Source: a virus (taxonomy: Duplodnaviria; Caudoviricetes). Taken from it: a stretch of 64,000 nt of DNA. How positions within the stretch are numbered: position 1 is the first letter of the stretch; each line of letters starts with the position of its first letter. Below the pieces are notes generated by a model. That model worked only from the letters and a program-made list of their open reading frames with translations. It made no database searches and was not told the origin of the DNA. The stretch covers positions 3,447 to 67,446 of IMG/VR virus record IMGVR_UViG_3300011335_000278; one strand, given 5' to 3'. Position numbers and translations under genes: made by a program. Below, piece after piece: positions 55,401 to 63,059 of the stretch.

Positions 55401-57461
55401 TTTTTCTAAAATTTGGTAGATATTTTCAGCAGCTTTTTCACCTTCGTCATAATCAACTGGCATCATATCTTGATTAGGATCTATGCCTAATGCTTTTGCT
55501 GTTGGCAAATTACCCATTTGATCACGGATATCGCCAATTCTTTCATTTAACTCATCAGCTGCGGCTTTTAATTCTGGTACGTTGTAGAAGTTGTTTATGT
55601 CTTCTTCAGATCCTTTGTTAAACCAACCGTCTTTTGGTCCATTTCCAAAGTATGGATACCATTGACCAGTGGCAACATTAGTTTTGCCACCTCTACCTGT
55701 GCTTATATAAAATGGTACTTTAACCCCATTAATATCTTTAAGTACAACTACTCGGTTGTTTGTTACAAAAGGTTCACTTTCTAATACTTCTTGTGGTTTG
55801 TTTTCTTCTCGTAACTTTGATGCTGTTTCAATTAATGTTTGTTTTTCTGGTGATTCTGGCAATAAGTTAATAACATTATCAATTGGGTGATCAGCGTTTT
55901 CTCCTACTGCCCATACTTGACCATCATCAAAAAATATAGTTTCTGGATTTAGATCAATAACATCTGTTTCATTTGTTATGCCATTGTCATCAAATACTGG
56001 AATAACTGTTTTGCCATCTTTTATAACTGCCGGAGCTGATGGCCCACCAATTGGTTGTATAACTTCAGGTTGTGTTTCTGGGGTTACACCACCTACTGTA
56101 GGCGGTATTACTTCACCACCGGTTACAGGAGGAACTGTTGGTGGAATTGCTAATAAATCTTCTACTGTTGGTGCGGATGGTTGAATGCTTGGGGGTAGTG
56201 CTGCCCCACCTACTGGAGTAGTAAGCGGCGGCTCTGTCTCTACATCTGTTTCTTTAATTGCTCCAAATGTTGGTTTGCCTGTTGGCGTAATTGGTTGTTC
56301 CGCTTGTTTCTTTAATGCTGCTAATCCTTGTTGTTCTTCTACATTTTTTCTGTATGTTGACACAGCATCTAACGGAGCACCAAAGACTTCGCCTATACCT
56401 TCTTCTATTATTTGTCTTGGGTTTACTTCTTGTTTACCAATGAATGAACCAAGACCTTCACCAGCCATACCAAATCCAGCTTGTTTGCCGGTTTCTTTTG
56501 CAAGCTCTTTTGCTGTAGCTTTTATTGCGCCAGTTTCTATTCCTTTAATAACTTTACCGGCAGCTGTTCCAGCAGAACCAAACGATGCAGCGTCAAATAT
56601 TCCAATAATGGCAGACTTAACTCCAGCCATCTCCCATGCATCTTTGTGTTGAAATCCTTGCTCTCTTAATTGGTTATAGTTTTGACCAAACTCTGTAAAT
56701 GCAGAAGTTGCACCACCAGCCGTCATTGCAGCCGCATTTGATTTAAATCCAAACCGAGCAGCAATACCTGATGCAGCCATAGATATAGATGACGGTAAAC
56801 TTTCTAAACCTATAGAAGCAATGTATTCAGGTATTTCTTTTGGATTTCTTATTAACTCGCCACCAATTGCAGACAATTGCGCTAATGTATCTGCATTTTT
56901 AAACTCAGGTGTTTTTTCTAGTGCATTTAATTTTTTAGTAATTAAATTTTCACCATATTTTTCTGTAATTAAATCTTTAGTTTTTTTATTTTGTTGTTGT
57001 TGATACAAGTAATTATTAATATCAATGTCACGCTCTTTAATCCTTGCCATTTTTTCTGGCGGAGCATTTTCATAATTGAAACCGTAAGTTGCTTTATCAG
57101 CTGCTTGATTTTCAAGTAGTGTTGATAATTTATATTCTGCTGGCAGTTCTGAAAACCCTAAAATTCCTTTTGCTGATGCTGCTAATAACGGACGTTCTTT
57201 GGGTTCTTCTTCTTTGGTAAATTGTTTATATGGATTGATTGTTACCGGCAAAGCATTGGCTAATGCTTGTGCTGGTTTGGCAACATAGTTAGCTAAAAAA
57301 TCTGCAACTTTTGTATTTGGAACTAAGGTTTCTAATCCTTTTGCTTCTGGCCTTGGTGCATTTGGTAATATATCTTTTTGTATAGTGGCTGTAATTGCCT
57401 CCGGAGACATGTCCTTTGGAAACTCTACTACCCCTACATAGGGGATATTTACTTTTGTCAT
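43410..57461 (-). CDS. Giant polyvalent protein, 4683 aa: zincin-like/LPD1-type domain, N6-adenine DNA MTase, strawberry-notch-type SF2 helicase, second zincin-like motif, LPD38-like C-terminus
   Basis: HEWQH at 53469-53483; LDPTGGNG and NPPF (52038-52049); GDDTGVGKGR (50436-50465); DEAH (50049-50060); GATGISLH and GRIHRTGQ; HEAIGH (46704-46721). Last gene of the ejection-protein operon. Confidence 0.85.
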   Translation of the reverse strand: MTKVNIPYVGVVEFPKDMSPEAITATIQKDILPNAPRPEAKGLETLVPNTKVADFLANYVAKPAQALANALPVTINPYKQFTKEEEPKERPLLAASAKGILGFSELPAEYKLSTLLENQAADKATYGFNYENAPPEKMARIKERDIDINNYLYQQQQNKKTKDLITEKYGENLITKKLNALEKTPEFKNADTLAQLSAIGGELIRNPKEIPEYIASIGLESLPSSISMAASGIAARFGFKSNAAAMTAGGATSAFTEFGQNYNQLREQGFQHKDAWEMAGVKSAIIGIFDAASFGSAGTAAGKVIKGIETGAIKATAKELAKETGKQAGFGMAGEGLGSFIGKQEVNPRQIIEEGIGEVFGAPLDAVSTYRKNVEEQQGLAALKKQAEQPITPTGKPTFGAIKETDVETEPPLTTPVGGAALPPSIQPSAPTVEDLLAIPPTVPPVTGGEVIPPTVGGVTPETQPEVIQPIGGPSAPAVIKDGKTVIPVFDDNGITNETDVIDLNPETIFFDDGQVWAVGENADHPIDNVINLLPESPEKQTLIETASKLREENKPQEVLESEPFVTNNRVVVLKDINGVKVPFYISTGRGGKTNVATGQWYPYFGNGPKDGWFNKGSEEDINNFYNVPELKAAADELNERIGDIRDQMGNLPTAKALGIDPNQDMMPVDYDEGEKAAENIYQILEKIKAEKAEEPLPPAGVAEPVEEPIYTLKDIIDNGQEVTSREDAESRHANGEILYGFHDQDTDKPILLKDIEQIANFTPDQILAMPKKEPKEKVLPKLPAGKYNLRDKFQYEGRTWQINSILHTGKSLEANTVDKGKFLRQRFEIEVKKTTTEEKPTGGPSAPAGKPLEEPKEEKPKKPAKVEPTEEEKKAIEEEKAKKEEEKKAADEKKKKAEEQKKKVEEFNTNPMKVAMETGNADEVAALLYGHAVDENLLPVIFPEEMLLRIPVELSFLSKIEEQLTANKFRITDRSVPATTDDPAYTGPERITISALFNPERITIEGGGAEFVKNRKGQITAAPLPKDATDAQITKMLDLASKDKIFDIQSNPDNTFGAMMFKEGLIDKVMSAGDYLYEIISLPTRKGGRFNIYIPPKAGKRQVIKLALAEGKEDLIKEVLTEYVNTLEQLQTVFTENSNVAPLFNALQTKYIKDEQLTGAEKYTPDGLNLRTKITENNMSIYLNTLFSLFNLNENSTDQTNRIVKKDAESPPELGNIIRRGMRDHRQGRDVDVQDFLETFKFFPGGIDFGNWVNQTERAAHLNAIYDAMYDLADIAGISPHMLGLGQKLKLAVGAQGRGGKTAAWYFPSLNEINLTKTKGDGSLGHEWQHGLDWNLKQTPNGKLLMTDTGAALQKIITVDKVENNLRDILTNTSNSENNRNIPPKKAFFNAISNRRYHEADIYDDSFVYTQYFKDAYALDQGRDPKYWSTPVEMLSRAFESLIFDLSKGGSPYLVGPTVADGYVSKKNGYAGTSYPAGKERAQINEIYQQMLDQIDPDTLEVKTYKLENQIIYVEDLGYAVVDQFYIDRGQAGGLNWFKTEAEAQQAKEERDGREEILTPRLIQISKVNQHIINMAQRIDAIMEEMGLFKWPEIKNGSMAESMFYHMRQGWWPKNNRELAEYGIKAYLQSPELLGFNPAKDQKQIDSYKIADFEGDRIKLKQTQEDFEAAATRFVSQVITDMRAEGSDTKAIYDYIVNLYQNQPVLDVQTILSKTNNAYSTPLPIGFIAGMLSRVKSTTTVLDPTGGNGMLVVTANPKNVTTIEKDEHRVNNLQLMQMGDVIEGDVLVKIKDIQDQQVDVVLANPPFGSLPSPVDVMSWTGQPYKIGALDQLIAAESLRTMANNGRAFLILGSHPKLNTITSTDKIFLNWLYGNYNVADHFEIAGNLYRKQGASFPLRVLVIAGRNQTDNVYPNDFAVNRLTSFDELWSRYVQASDRSEQVVVGTGKTRKPTGGADTTTGRVPTSDSFEDVETSGGVGTGTGAGIGEPVSPTGGVNIPPKSGGRGTAGGVRDTEQQQDSGEGQRGGSGSGAAGTTGRGEVSSGESGDELGGLSDLDLDDIFDNLGKKPKTGTTTPKGEPKVVSGPRAPKGQKVRVKTVIPKELEGLGLESLLDDLDAALNGKAPEVTNKEPTLEDSQERLDKQSQEAMDRIAQNTKNTSNDPNSGLYSRKGDQDYANVQPIIQKVWEAVGQKIKDTKERINKVYDLLVSKFGDLIKVHLRQYINGLRTTVKRRPKNQTPVQSEPIDTESRVVYLGKSRFASDGIYLPRAQSQHAYTALENLEAQVGNIDEFVAQELGYSSVDQMAKGLAGYQIDALALAIQANKLGKGFIIGDDTGVGKGRTAAAMIVWAKKQGKVPVFVTLSDSLYTAMYADLINIGHGDIKVAMTNTDSEIIKDIGEGKTQSVFKNKEGDSKKLVEYITKNKKLPPGKDVLFTTYSQLNGGTGSPPRQSAIASLVASGDAVLIMDEAHNAAGSPADKESTGQNAFFMSLLTGKDLLGKGQDAPDDWQPPPTVYLSATFAKRPDNMPLYIHTNLRYAADTPEDLTALFGKGVRTDVLQQVSSEMLVESGSMIRRERSYEGVTMDFVIDDKNTARDTREVDKVTEILRALVNADRALKEWMKTPAGQAEIVKLGPPGSYIGKVGPTAFNQVKANAFTSVVHNYIGSLLLSTKTQTAVDMVVEKLNNNEKVVVGLQNTNGSALEDFVTQNNIKKGDDIPDFGWQTLIKRAVNSTKKVTLKSATGDKSMDKVVYIPNDVMPPSIRAGYNNVENALINFQSDLPAAPIDYIRTELEQKYVWTIDGKVHVGDTPPKGVKARHLVVKEITGRKSGIDYSGDIPKYITLDNPERTSMISSFQNGDESKTGPIDVLIINSAGATGISLHASVDAFDQRPRHMIVLQPHGDISVFIQLLGRIHRTGQVEWPSFTMLATGIPAERRILAMLRKKLSSLKSNTSGGSSSTKVDGVDFINMYGDVSTAEYLNEHPDIQAFLNVTQYPDPAEAAGTDLAHTASGTAGLLSSVDQKEFFDSIEASYIAEIDLRNATGTNALERRVLPLEAEIIKENLIEEGLDSTNPFLTDVVMAQFNVDIIGSIPTVQNIKDDIALALNGRTAQDVVNEIETDLSTVYIEVRNQIVLKQQALDEAIKNPAATEKDIAELNKQKTALDTQFATLNDRKEKTLSALKNVYAIGNGFESFEVNNVPAAAVVIGLKVDKARIGKSKTGNPYSPSNFQVIIKRNIPEGRVSPTLATLEGSSIQQSGPWRNPPLDEWFALKSVTGGRTTRYIALGNILKAAQLFGPNGGEIAKFTLNNTKEAISGVVMPAKYVPVAISEQPIRLRNQESAAQYLLAVWDAILQKRYDTSQVELYKDLSNSLQPLMIPNLPSFADKAEARPSNAVILRGSAQTWELRIDPYTPDNFKVTIAGDVPKKFVTNPILKTLIPGPDLSKKGKGKWEMGPGYSLKDPEKLIKLIKFLHKNFPATVEADNAPFAREVMKVEFDNSETKKGLASRTVAEGGQSVEAVQAQVVPVKGITVNVLQSVDELPDNTAPSDVEGMWISGRTVYLIADNLPNAKRVQQVLAHEAIGHALLEEMLGPELMAVLIKNIQNLEKTSSLVKGIAARVDQTQPGLSPERRAKEIVANMAERGMYKTGLIQRVIQAIRNWLRSQGLTISFSDGDIVELLSAAEQYVGRTEPVNFPSLQTAQVKTQAEINRERQEQKRAGTAGYFSRVSGDENYRRKRAKHNRVKNTPTNQSPTVQDMLTGGKQALDELRKDPIAPINNMTSNAERALVNFRNKATFFGTGLKLADIKKYGGQLVNSIGQATSYVSLINAIHAGHIATEVIARGALEFNEATQMFQAVRRNFGMANVMREKSKLVKKIGLQDATNMINDYLEAARSQSILNEYETAENRIQELQDELLTVVDEKYLETLAKLETAKAHLEDVFRARVKVRFSQEAIDDFLEMENDYPELRAILDNWTKVNQNMLDMAAFSGYLGQERVDRLKEIKDYVPWQRIMEEDDDIHSVSRQPATQTAVRGLTNIAKLQEFREVPKVKRAKAKFDAGEITQAELDQVIADYVETLPEIDDIIDNMLNNIAMMTRNSIKNYAANRITAEYAVRSPNGKIVRYQSEKQDRTGVKYNVRINGKKSIVKIEDPLIAESVLGLENIFIPMNDILAITSNILRRSITFSGYFQLKQAFKDAPAAAWISGVKNPFALWAKAYAGFVQALLPNDPIVDMLKSYGIGGYQSVARSPQKELQIKLGLIDDKIWAKTLNLIDKVGDASDYSQRIGVYKQVLKETNNPMQALIQSNDVIDFLKKGSSAKAQFLARNVSFMNAYAVSIDVLAETLRGGGVKGKTREELFNQMLKTGALLAGTTMIYCMLVGDDDEYNKLDDQTKLRNIYIPGLNIKIPMNTSASFFFKSVPEMLYNYVTKDGTKNEVDNRRLRTALMTAAMDAFLGPTPIPSGALPFVEIGLDYSFFTGSTVTPKGLEGLIPAQQYNEKTSELGKIISALTSIPLTDNRMLSPIQADHIVRGLFGSAGVIAMYGSNIFNGDRVTPQDKDNPLYGGFVMADVKRGREDLFYDLKSKTDTAYKTFQNLHGPTRQEHERAEKFLKENQKLIEMHGYTQGVGASLAEINRIIRMYGESKQTGTPDERRQKILEFQQTKENILKDVIERRKQAGF
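51293..51667 (-). CDS. Candidate overprinted gene (124 aa, +1 frame) nested in the giant gene
   Basis: GGAG-5 nt-ATG at 51667; natural-looking acidic helical protein MFKPVIVANKSWWVPEK...EMNWEDFLT; local GC 53-63% versus 28% in a nearby part of the host gene. Confidence 0.55.
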   Translation of the reverse strand: MFKPVIVANKSWWVPEKHGNLLAVQIQQPEEYQQAIVLKMSKLAEEWGLERALASANQYLRQEGSTYLPNPEDVEQLVEFVIQNSSRIAEKVNEGDPEVAQPAPPEEARYQVENQEMNWEDFLT

Positions 57462-57462
57462 A

Positions 57463-58641
57463 TTATTTTACTGGAACAAGTTTGCCATCTTTAAGTTCAT
57501 AATCTACTTTGCCGGGTTTTGCTGGCATCCACCATGGAGTTTTTTCTGGCTCAGCTGCTGGCGGTTTAAAATCATTATCTAATCTTGGTTTTGGTCTAGT
57601 TAATCCCAATAAGTCTAATTGCGCTTGTGGAACAGTTAAGTCATACTCTTGAGCAGCATCTAATAATGCTTGATTACTATTTCCATTATATTTAAACTTT
57701 TTAATTTCATCTGTCATTAAATCTCTTGCTCTGTCTCTTATAAAAGTTTGTCTTGCTGTTGCAGCGCTAGATATTAATGCGGCTTCTTTTGTACTACGGG
57801 CAGCTGCAAGAGTTGCTTGAATTTGCTCTAGTCCTAATTTTTTGGCATCAACCGCAGCTTGCGCTTGAATTAATGCATTTAATCCACCGACCCTACGCTG
57901 TTCTTTAAATCTTTCACCTTCTATTTGATTCTGCAATAACAGTTTTCTATCTGCTTGTTCTTGTGCGCTAGATGATGCTAATGATTCTACACCTTTTTGT
58001 GCGCCTTTTCCAACATTTGTAAAGAAATAAGGTGAATCTCCTGCTAACATTCCTGCAGCCATATTAGCTAAAGCCAAATTGTTACTTTGGCCTTTTCTAT
58101 CTTGCATTTCTTGTGCATACTGTTGTGCCATTAAATCCGATTTTTCTGTTGGATTAAAATCTTTTTGTGCATCTAATGCTGCCCTAATGTCTGCTTGATA
58201 ATCTGTTGCAATAGGCTGTTTGTTTCCTTTCACCTGATCACCAGCTGCAAATGCAATAATACCACCACCCGCAAGTTGCATAGGTGGAACTGGGTTAGAT
58301 GCTATACCTACATCTGCTGGGCCTTGTGGCTGTTGCGGTTGTTGTGCCATTTGATTCTGTTGTGGCATAGGAGGAGGCATTTGTCCCATAGCTTGTGGGT
58401 TTTCTGCATTTGCATTTTTAGCCATAATCTGATCCATTATGGACTGTTGCGGAACTCCACCTTGGGCTGCTTTTGCTTTTGCGGCACGGTCAATCATGTC
58501 AGCTTTTTTAGCAAGAATGGCTGGCACCATTTCCGGAACAATTTCTTTCCGTTGTGCCATTTGCATAATCATAGTCTGCGGTAATTTAGCTAAGTCTTCA
58601 ATAGACCCGCTTTGTTGTTTGATTGCGCTTAATATACTCAT
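57463..58641 (-). CDS. Probable ejection/internal virion protein, 392 aa
   Basis: Gln/Ala/Met-rich and helical; MQLAGGGIIAF motif; between tail genes and the giant protein. Confidence 0.6.
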   Translation of the reverse strand: MSILSAIKQQSGSIEDLAKLPQTMIMQMAQRKEIVPEMVPAILAKKADMIDRAAKAKAAQGGVPQQSIMDQIMAKNANAENPQAMGQMPPPMPQQNQMAQQPQQPQGPADVGIASNPVPPMQLAGGGIIAFAAGDQVKGNKQPIATDYQADIRAALDAQKDFNPTEKSDLMAQQYAQEMQDRKGQSNNLALANMAAGMLAGDSPYFFTNVGKGAQKGVESLASSSAQEQADRKLLLQNQIEGERFKEQRRVGGLNALIQAQAAVDAKKLGLEQIQATLAAARSTKEAALISSAATARQTFIRDRARDLMTDEIKKFKYNGNSNQALLDAAQEYDLTVPQAQLDLLGLTRPKPRLDNDFKPPAAEPEKTPWWMPAKPGKVDYELKDGKLVPVK

Positions 58642-59909
58642 GATGTTTTACCTATCATATTTGCTAAAGATAATCCGCCAAGTCCAATACCAGCTAATTG
58701 ACTTGCAAAACTAGGAGGAGTTGCTGTAGTTGTTTGCGTACCAAATGCATCACCAAGCGGAACGCCACGCAAAATATTAGACATAGAACCTAATTGTTGT
58801 TCTGGAAATCCTAAAGCTCGCATTTGATCTTGATACTGCGCATCTAATTGTTGTTGTGCAATTTGACGTTCTGTTCCACCGTAAGCACCTAATGCAGCTG
58901 ATCTTGCAATGTCGGCTTGTTGTTGCAACGCACCTTGTTGTCCTAAACCTTGGCCTAACTGACCGTATGTTTGGCCTATTTGGCCTAAACCAGCAGCTCT
59001 TTGCAATTGTGCTGCTTGGTTAGCACGTTGCGCTTCTAAAGACTGACCAGCACCAAGCTGTTGAATACCTAATAATGCTTGAAGATTAGCTTGATTTGTT
59101 CCTTGTTGAGCAGCTTGATTTGCAAGTTGCGCTTGCATATTTTGTCCAGATCCCAATTGTTGCACTCCTAATTGAGCCTGTAAATTTTGAGCATTTGCAG
59201 CTTGTTGCATTTGATTTTGTGCATTAAACTGTTGTTGTGCATTTTGAAACGCATTTTGTGAGCCTGTAGCTTGTATGTTTCCCATCTGCGTTTGTAAATT
59301 GCGATCTCTTTCGGATTGCATTAAAGCATTTCTTGCCCCACCATAAGTGCCTTGACGAGCAGATCCTAAATTAGCTCCCATCAATTGCTTTTGAGCATCT
59401 CGCATAGCTTCAGCTTTTTGTACATCAACAACGTTTTGCTGATACGGAGACATATACTGAGTTACATTTTGCCCAGTATAGTCTTGAGGACCATTCATTT
59501 GATATGTTTGTAAACCTTGCGCAGAAACATTTTGTGGGCCAGCCATTTGATACTGATTTAAATTAGGTGCGCTTACATTTGGACCGTTTTGATACATTCC
59601 TTGAGCTTGCCCAAGTGAACCCAAACCTTGACCGTATGCTGTTTGTCCTTGACCAAATTGGCTAGGCTGACCAAGATTTGCTAGTTGTTGACCGGCTTCT
59701 ACCTCATTAGAAGATAAACCAGCAACTCTACCAGCGCCTTCTAACCCAGATTGCGATAAAGCGTTACCATATGAAGTGGCGTAATCTCTTCCAAATATTT
59801 CTTGCGCTTTTGGTAGTAGACCTGTGCCAGCAGTACCAGTTCCCGTAAAATACGGTTCTAATACCTCTGGTATTGTCTGTTGACCTGATGTTACGGTAGT
59901 TGTTGCCAT
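58638..59909 (-). CDS. Probable ejection/pilot protein, 423 aa
   Basis: Gln/Gly/Ala-rich; QYMSPYQQNVVD; C-terminal SQLAGIGLGGLSLA hydrophobic segment. Confidence 0.65.
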   Translation of the reverse strand: MATTTVTSGQQTIPEVLEPYFTGTGTAGTGLLPKAQEIFGRDYATSYGNALSQSGLEGAGRVAGLSSNEVEAGQQLANLGQPSQFGQGQTAYGQGLGSLGQAQGMYQNGPNVSAPNLNQYQMAGPQNVSAQGLQTYQMNGPQDYTGQNVTQYMSPYQQNVVDVQKAEAMRDAQKQLMGANLGSARQGTYGGARNALMQSERDRNLQTQMGNIQATGSQNAFQNAQQQFNAQNQMQQAANAQNLQAQLGVQQLGSGQNMQAQLANQAAQQGTNQANLQALLGIQQLGAGQSLEAQRANQAAQLQRAAGLGQIGQTYGQLGQGLGQQGALQQQADIARSAALGAYGGTERQIAQQQLDAQYQDQMRALGFPEQQLGSMSNILRGVPLGDAFGTQTTTATPPSFASQLAGIGLGGLSLANMIGKTS

Positions 59910-59919
59910 GATTTATCCT

Positions 59920-62649
59920 TTATACGGGCATGAGTTTAGTTGGTTTAATTTCACGCCCTTGCTTGGGGTTTCCCGTTCTTGCTTTACGAACTCGGTCCAT
60001 CATGGCATATAACTGGGTTGCTCCTGCTTTTGATGAACCATTACCTAAATGTGATACCACATCTGCTGGTATTACAAATTCTCCATCCGCTAATCTAGCC
60101 TCTTGCGCTCCATCTATATTGGCGCGGATTGAGTCTGACATGCCATCTCCACCACCAGATAAGAATCTAGGAGGCATACCGCCAGCAGCCATTTTTACAA
60201 TACCGTATTGACCTTGTAGTGGAAATGCTCCACCAGATCCTGCAGCTGGAGTTCCACCACCCGAAGAACCACCACTACCAGCCATATTAGTTCCACCACT
60301 ACCACCATAAGATGGCAATATTACAGATTCTGGAGTTCCGCCTTGTGGAGTATATGGAGTAGCGTTATTAGATGGATTTGATGTTAACTGACTAAATAAA
60401 CCATTAACTCCATTATTTGACGCTACACTATTTAATGTATTACCAATACCGGCAGATTGCGCCATCATTTGATTTTCCGCACCAAGTCCTAAACCCTGCA
60501 ATGGACTAGCCATTTGCATTTGAGCTTGTTGATTTAAATTTTGCATTGGCGTTTCATTTGCTAATTGAGTTTGATCATCTGGTGGATTTATTGCTCCACC
60601 TTCAGCAAACATGTAAGGGTTTTGACTTACTGCTTGTTGTGCACGTTTTTTACCAGCAGCAGTCCTTGCAGCAAATTTATCTGCATCTTCTTGGTTTTTA
60701 GCTGTAGCAACGTCATATTCTTTTTTCATTGCATTTGACTCGTCTACACCCATCATGCCAGTTGTACCCATCATTAATGGAACGCCCGTATTGTATATGC
60801 CAACTTTGTTTGTTAACGCAGCCATAGCATCTTTGTATGCAGGAGTATTACTATTTTGTAATAAATTTCCTATACCTTTTTGTATTGCTTCAGGATTTCT
60901 AAAATTACTAGGAGGTGGAGCATTTGCATATTTTTCAGATTGTGATTTAATTAAATTTTGCATACCAGTTTCATTAGAAAAAGGAATTTGATCTGGACTA
61001 TAACCCATTGCATCTGGAGCAATTGGCAAAGGTTGATCTACTATAGTTGGAGTTAACTCAGGTGTTCCAGCGGCTTCTAATCCACCCATAAAATTAGACA
61101 TACCATAAGAAGCAACGCCTCCCATAAATGCACGTTTAAAATCAAAACCGCCCGGTTTTCCAAAACCCGATACAATTCCACCAACGCCTGCTGCCATAGC
61201 CGGATTGCCCATCATAGCTCCTGCTGCCATACCAGCGTAAGGGGCTAAGTCTTTTAAGAACGGGGCTGCTTCACCTATAGGTCGTATTACAGCTTTTTCA
61301 AATGGTTGCGCTACACGGGTAAAAGCATCTGATATTTTTCCACCTATGCCGTAATGTTGCACTTCTCCACCTTCTGCATAACGAGTTAAAGGGCGATATC
61401 CTGTTGCGCTACTATATACATTATCAGCGTTTATTCTATTTTTTAATAGATAATTAGGGCTTGATTGTCCAGCAGTTCCATAAGTGTAAACTTTTTTAGC
61501 GGCTGCTTCTTCTGCGTCTATCTGAGCTTGTGATTTACCTTTATTATTGCCACCACCCCCGCCCAAACTAGAAAGACCATAAGCTCCGGCTGCTAACATT
61601 GCCAAATCTGTTTTACTTGCATTGTTATAATAATCTTTAGCTGCATCATATAAATCGCCCGGCATTTCTGACAATGGAGTATTTGTTAAATACCTTTCCG
61701 TTACTAATGCTTTATTAGCTAAGTAATCTTTTACATCCCCAGCTTTTTCTGTAGCATATCCTGTTGGATCGTTTAAGATATTTTTAAGTTTATCTTCACC
61801 GGCAAACGTATATTTATTGTCTAAATTAGCTTGGTCTTTTATTGCTGCATTAGCGTCATACCCTTTTGAAGTTATGTCTGATACATTTTGTAAGTTTGGA
61901 TTCCTATTTATAAACTCTCCAGTATCCGTCATTTGTATTTCACCGCTTATTGGAGGAGGCGCATCTGGATATACATTAGGGCCAAATGGCGTATTTTGTA
62001 CAGTTGGCTCTGGAACAAGCGATGTTACTGCACCTTCTGGATTAAAAATAGGCGGTCCAGAAACTTCGCCGGGCATCCCTAAATCAGGATCAAGGCCTAT
62101 TTCAGCTGGGGCATTCATCATTTCACCCAATGTTCCTAAACCGTATCTTGTTGCACCTGATACAGCACCTTTTTCCGTAGCGCTTTTTACATCTTTATTT
62201 TTTGCATAATCAGATCCTGCGGATGCAGCTGCTGCGGCTGCTGCTTGTATTGGTAGACTTTGTCCCATTGTTGCAATGGCAGCTGCTACTTGCGCTAAAG
62301 TACCCCATCCGCCCGGAATTACATCCGCCACAGCATCATCAATTGCAACACCTACTTCACTAATTGGAGCGGTTATTGGCTGAACTACAGCATCATCCAA
62401 TGCTGATGTAACTTGGCTTATTGGCGCTGTAATAGGTTGAAAAATAAGATCATCAGCCCCAGCAAAAACATCTGAAGCCCCTTGCGCACCTTCATCAAGC
62501 ATATTAAGTAAGCCAGTATCACCACCGCCTGTACCTATCATGTCAGAAAAATTGTCTAACGGATTACCGCCACCACCGTGAAGTCTCATGCGACCAAGGA
62601 TTGGCTGAAAAGCCCCTATAGGAAGATACGATTCGTGGTTATATTTCAT
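59920..62649 (-). CDS. Probable ejection/internal virion protein, 909 aa
   Basis: N-terminal RMRLHGGGG; internal YAEGG, FAEGG and MAAGG; C-terminal GGGDGMSDSI...RLADGEFVIPADVVSHLGNGSS. Confidence 0.6.
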   Translation of the reverse strand: MKYNHESYLPIGAFQPILGRMRLHGGGGNPLDNFSDMIGTGGGDTGLLNMLDEGAQGASDVFAGADDLIFQPITAPISQVTSALDDAVVQPITAPISEVGVAIDDAVADVIPGGWGTLAQVAAAIATMGQSLPIQAAAAAAASAGSDYAKNKDVKSATEKGAVSGATRYGLGTLGEMMNAPAEIGLDPDLGMPGEVSGPPIFNPEGAVTSLVPEPTVQNTPFGPNVYPDAPPPISGEIQMTDTGEFINRNPNLQNVSDITSKGYDANAAIKDQANLDNKYTFAGEDKLKNILNDPTGYATEKAGDVKDYLANKALVTERYLTNTPLSEMPGDLYDAAKDYYNNASKTDLAMLAAGAYGLSSLGGGGGNNKGKSQAQIDAEEAAAKKVYTYGTAGQSSPNYLLKNRINADNVYSSATGYRPLTRYAEGGEVQHYGIGGKISDAFTRVAQPFEKAVIRPIGEAAPFLKDLAPYAGMAAGAMMGNPAMAAGVGGIVSGFGKPGGFDFKRAFMGGVASYGMSNFMGGLEAAGTPELTPTIVDQPLPIAPDAMGYSPDQIPFSNETGMQNLIKSQSEKYANAPPPSNFRNPEAIQKGIGNLLQNSNTPAYKDAMAALTNKVGIYNTGVPLMMGTTGMMGVDESNAMKKEYDVATAKNQEDADKFAARTAAGKKRAQQAVSQNPYMFAEGGAINPPDDQTQLANETPMQNLNQQAQMQMASPLQGLGLGAENQMMAQSAGIGNTLNSVASNNGVNGLFSQLTSNPSNNATPYTPQGGTPESVILPSYGGSGGTNMAGSGGSSGGGTPAAGSGGAFPLQGQYGIVKMAAGGMPPRFLSGGGDGMSDSIRANIDGAQEARLADGEFVIPADVVSHLGNGSSKAGATQLYAMMDRVRKARTGNPKQGREIKPTKLMPV

Positions 62650-63029
62650 ACTTTAGCCATCCATTCATATTTTGGATTATCACTTGGTTGAACATCTACC
62701 CCCAATGTTTTTAACATGGTTAATGTTTGTTGAAGTCTATTACTGTTTGGCACATCTTCTTTTGGGCCATACACAGCTTTAAGGTCAGACTTACGAATTT
62801 TGTCTACAAACCTTGATAATGCTTTTGCTAGTTTAATTGGCCCATCTTGTGTAAATAAGTGTAACTCTGCGTTGTCATCATTAGTGGCAATTAAAAGTAA
62901 CACAGTATCATTTTCCTGCATAATAATTGCCAGCTTTTTATTAAGCGCAATATTTAATGCCCGTAGGAATTTACTTGGATCTTTGCCAAGCTTTTGATAC
63001 TCAGCACTAATAATTTCTGTAGGTTTCAT
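62646..63029 (-). CDS. 127-aa protein between tail and ejection genes (position of T7 gp13-like/GNAT-like proteins)
   Basis: A diverged homolog at 1-286 confirms coding; the function is positional inference only. Confidence 0.6.
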   Translation of the reverse strand: MKPTEIISAEYQKLGKDPSKFLRALNIALNKKLAIIMQENDTVLLLIATNDDNAELHLFTQDGPIKLAKALSRFVDKIRKSDLKAVYGPKEDVPNSNRLQQTLTMLKTLGVDVQPSDNPKYEWMAKV

Positions 63030-63059
63030 GGTTGATCACTTTTTAGTAAGTTTATCATG

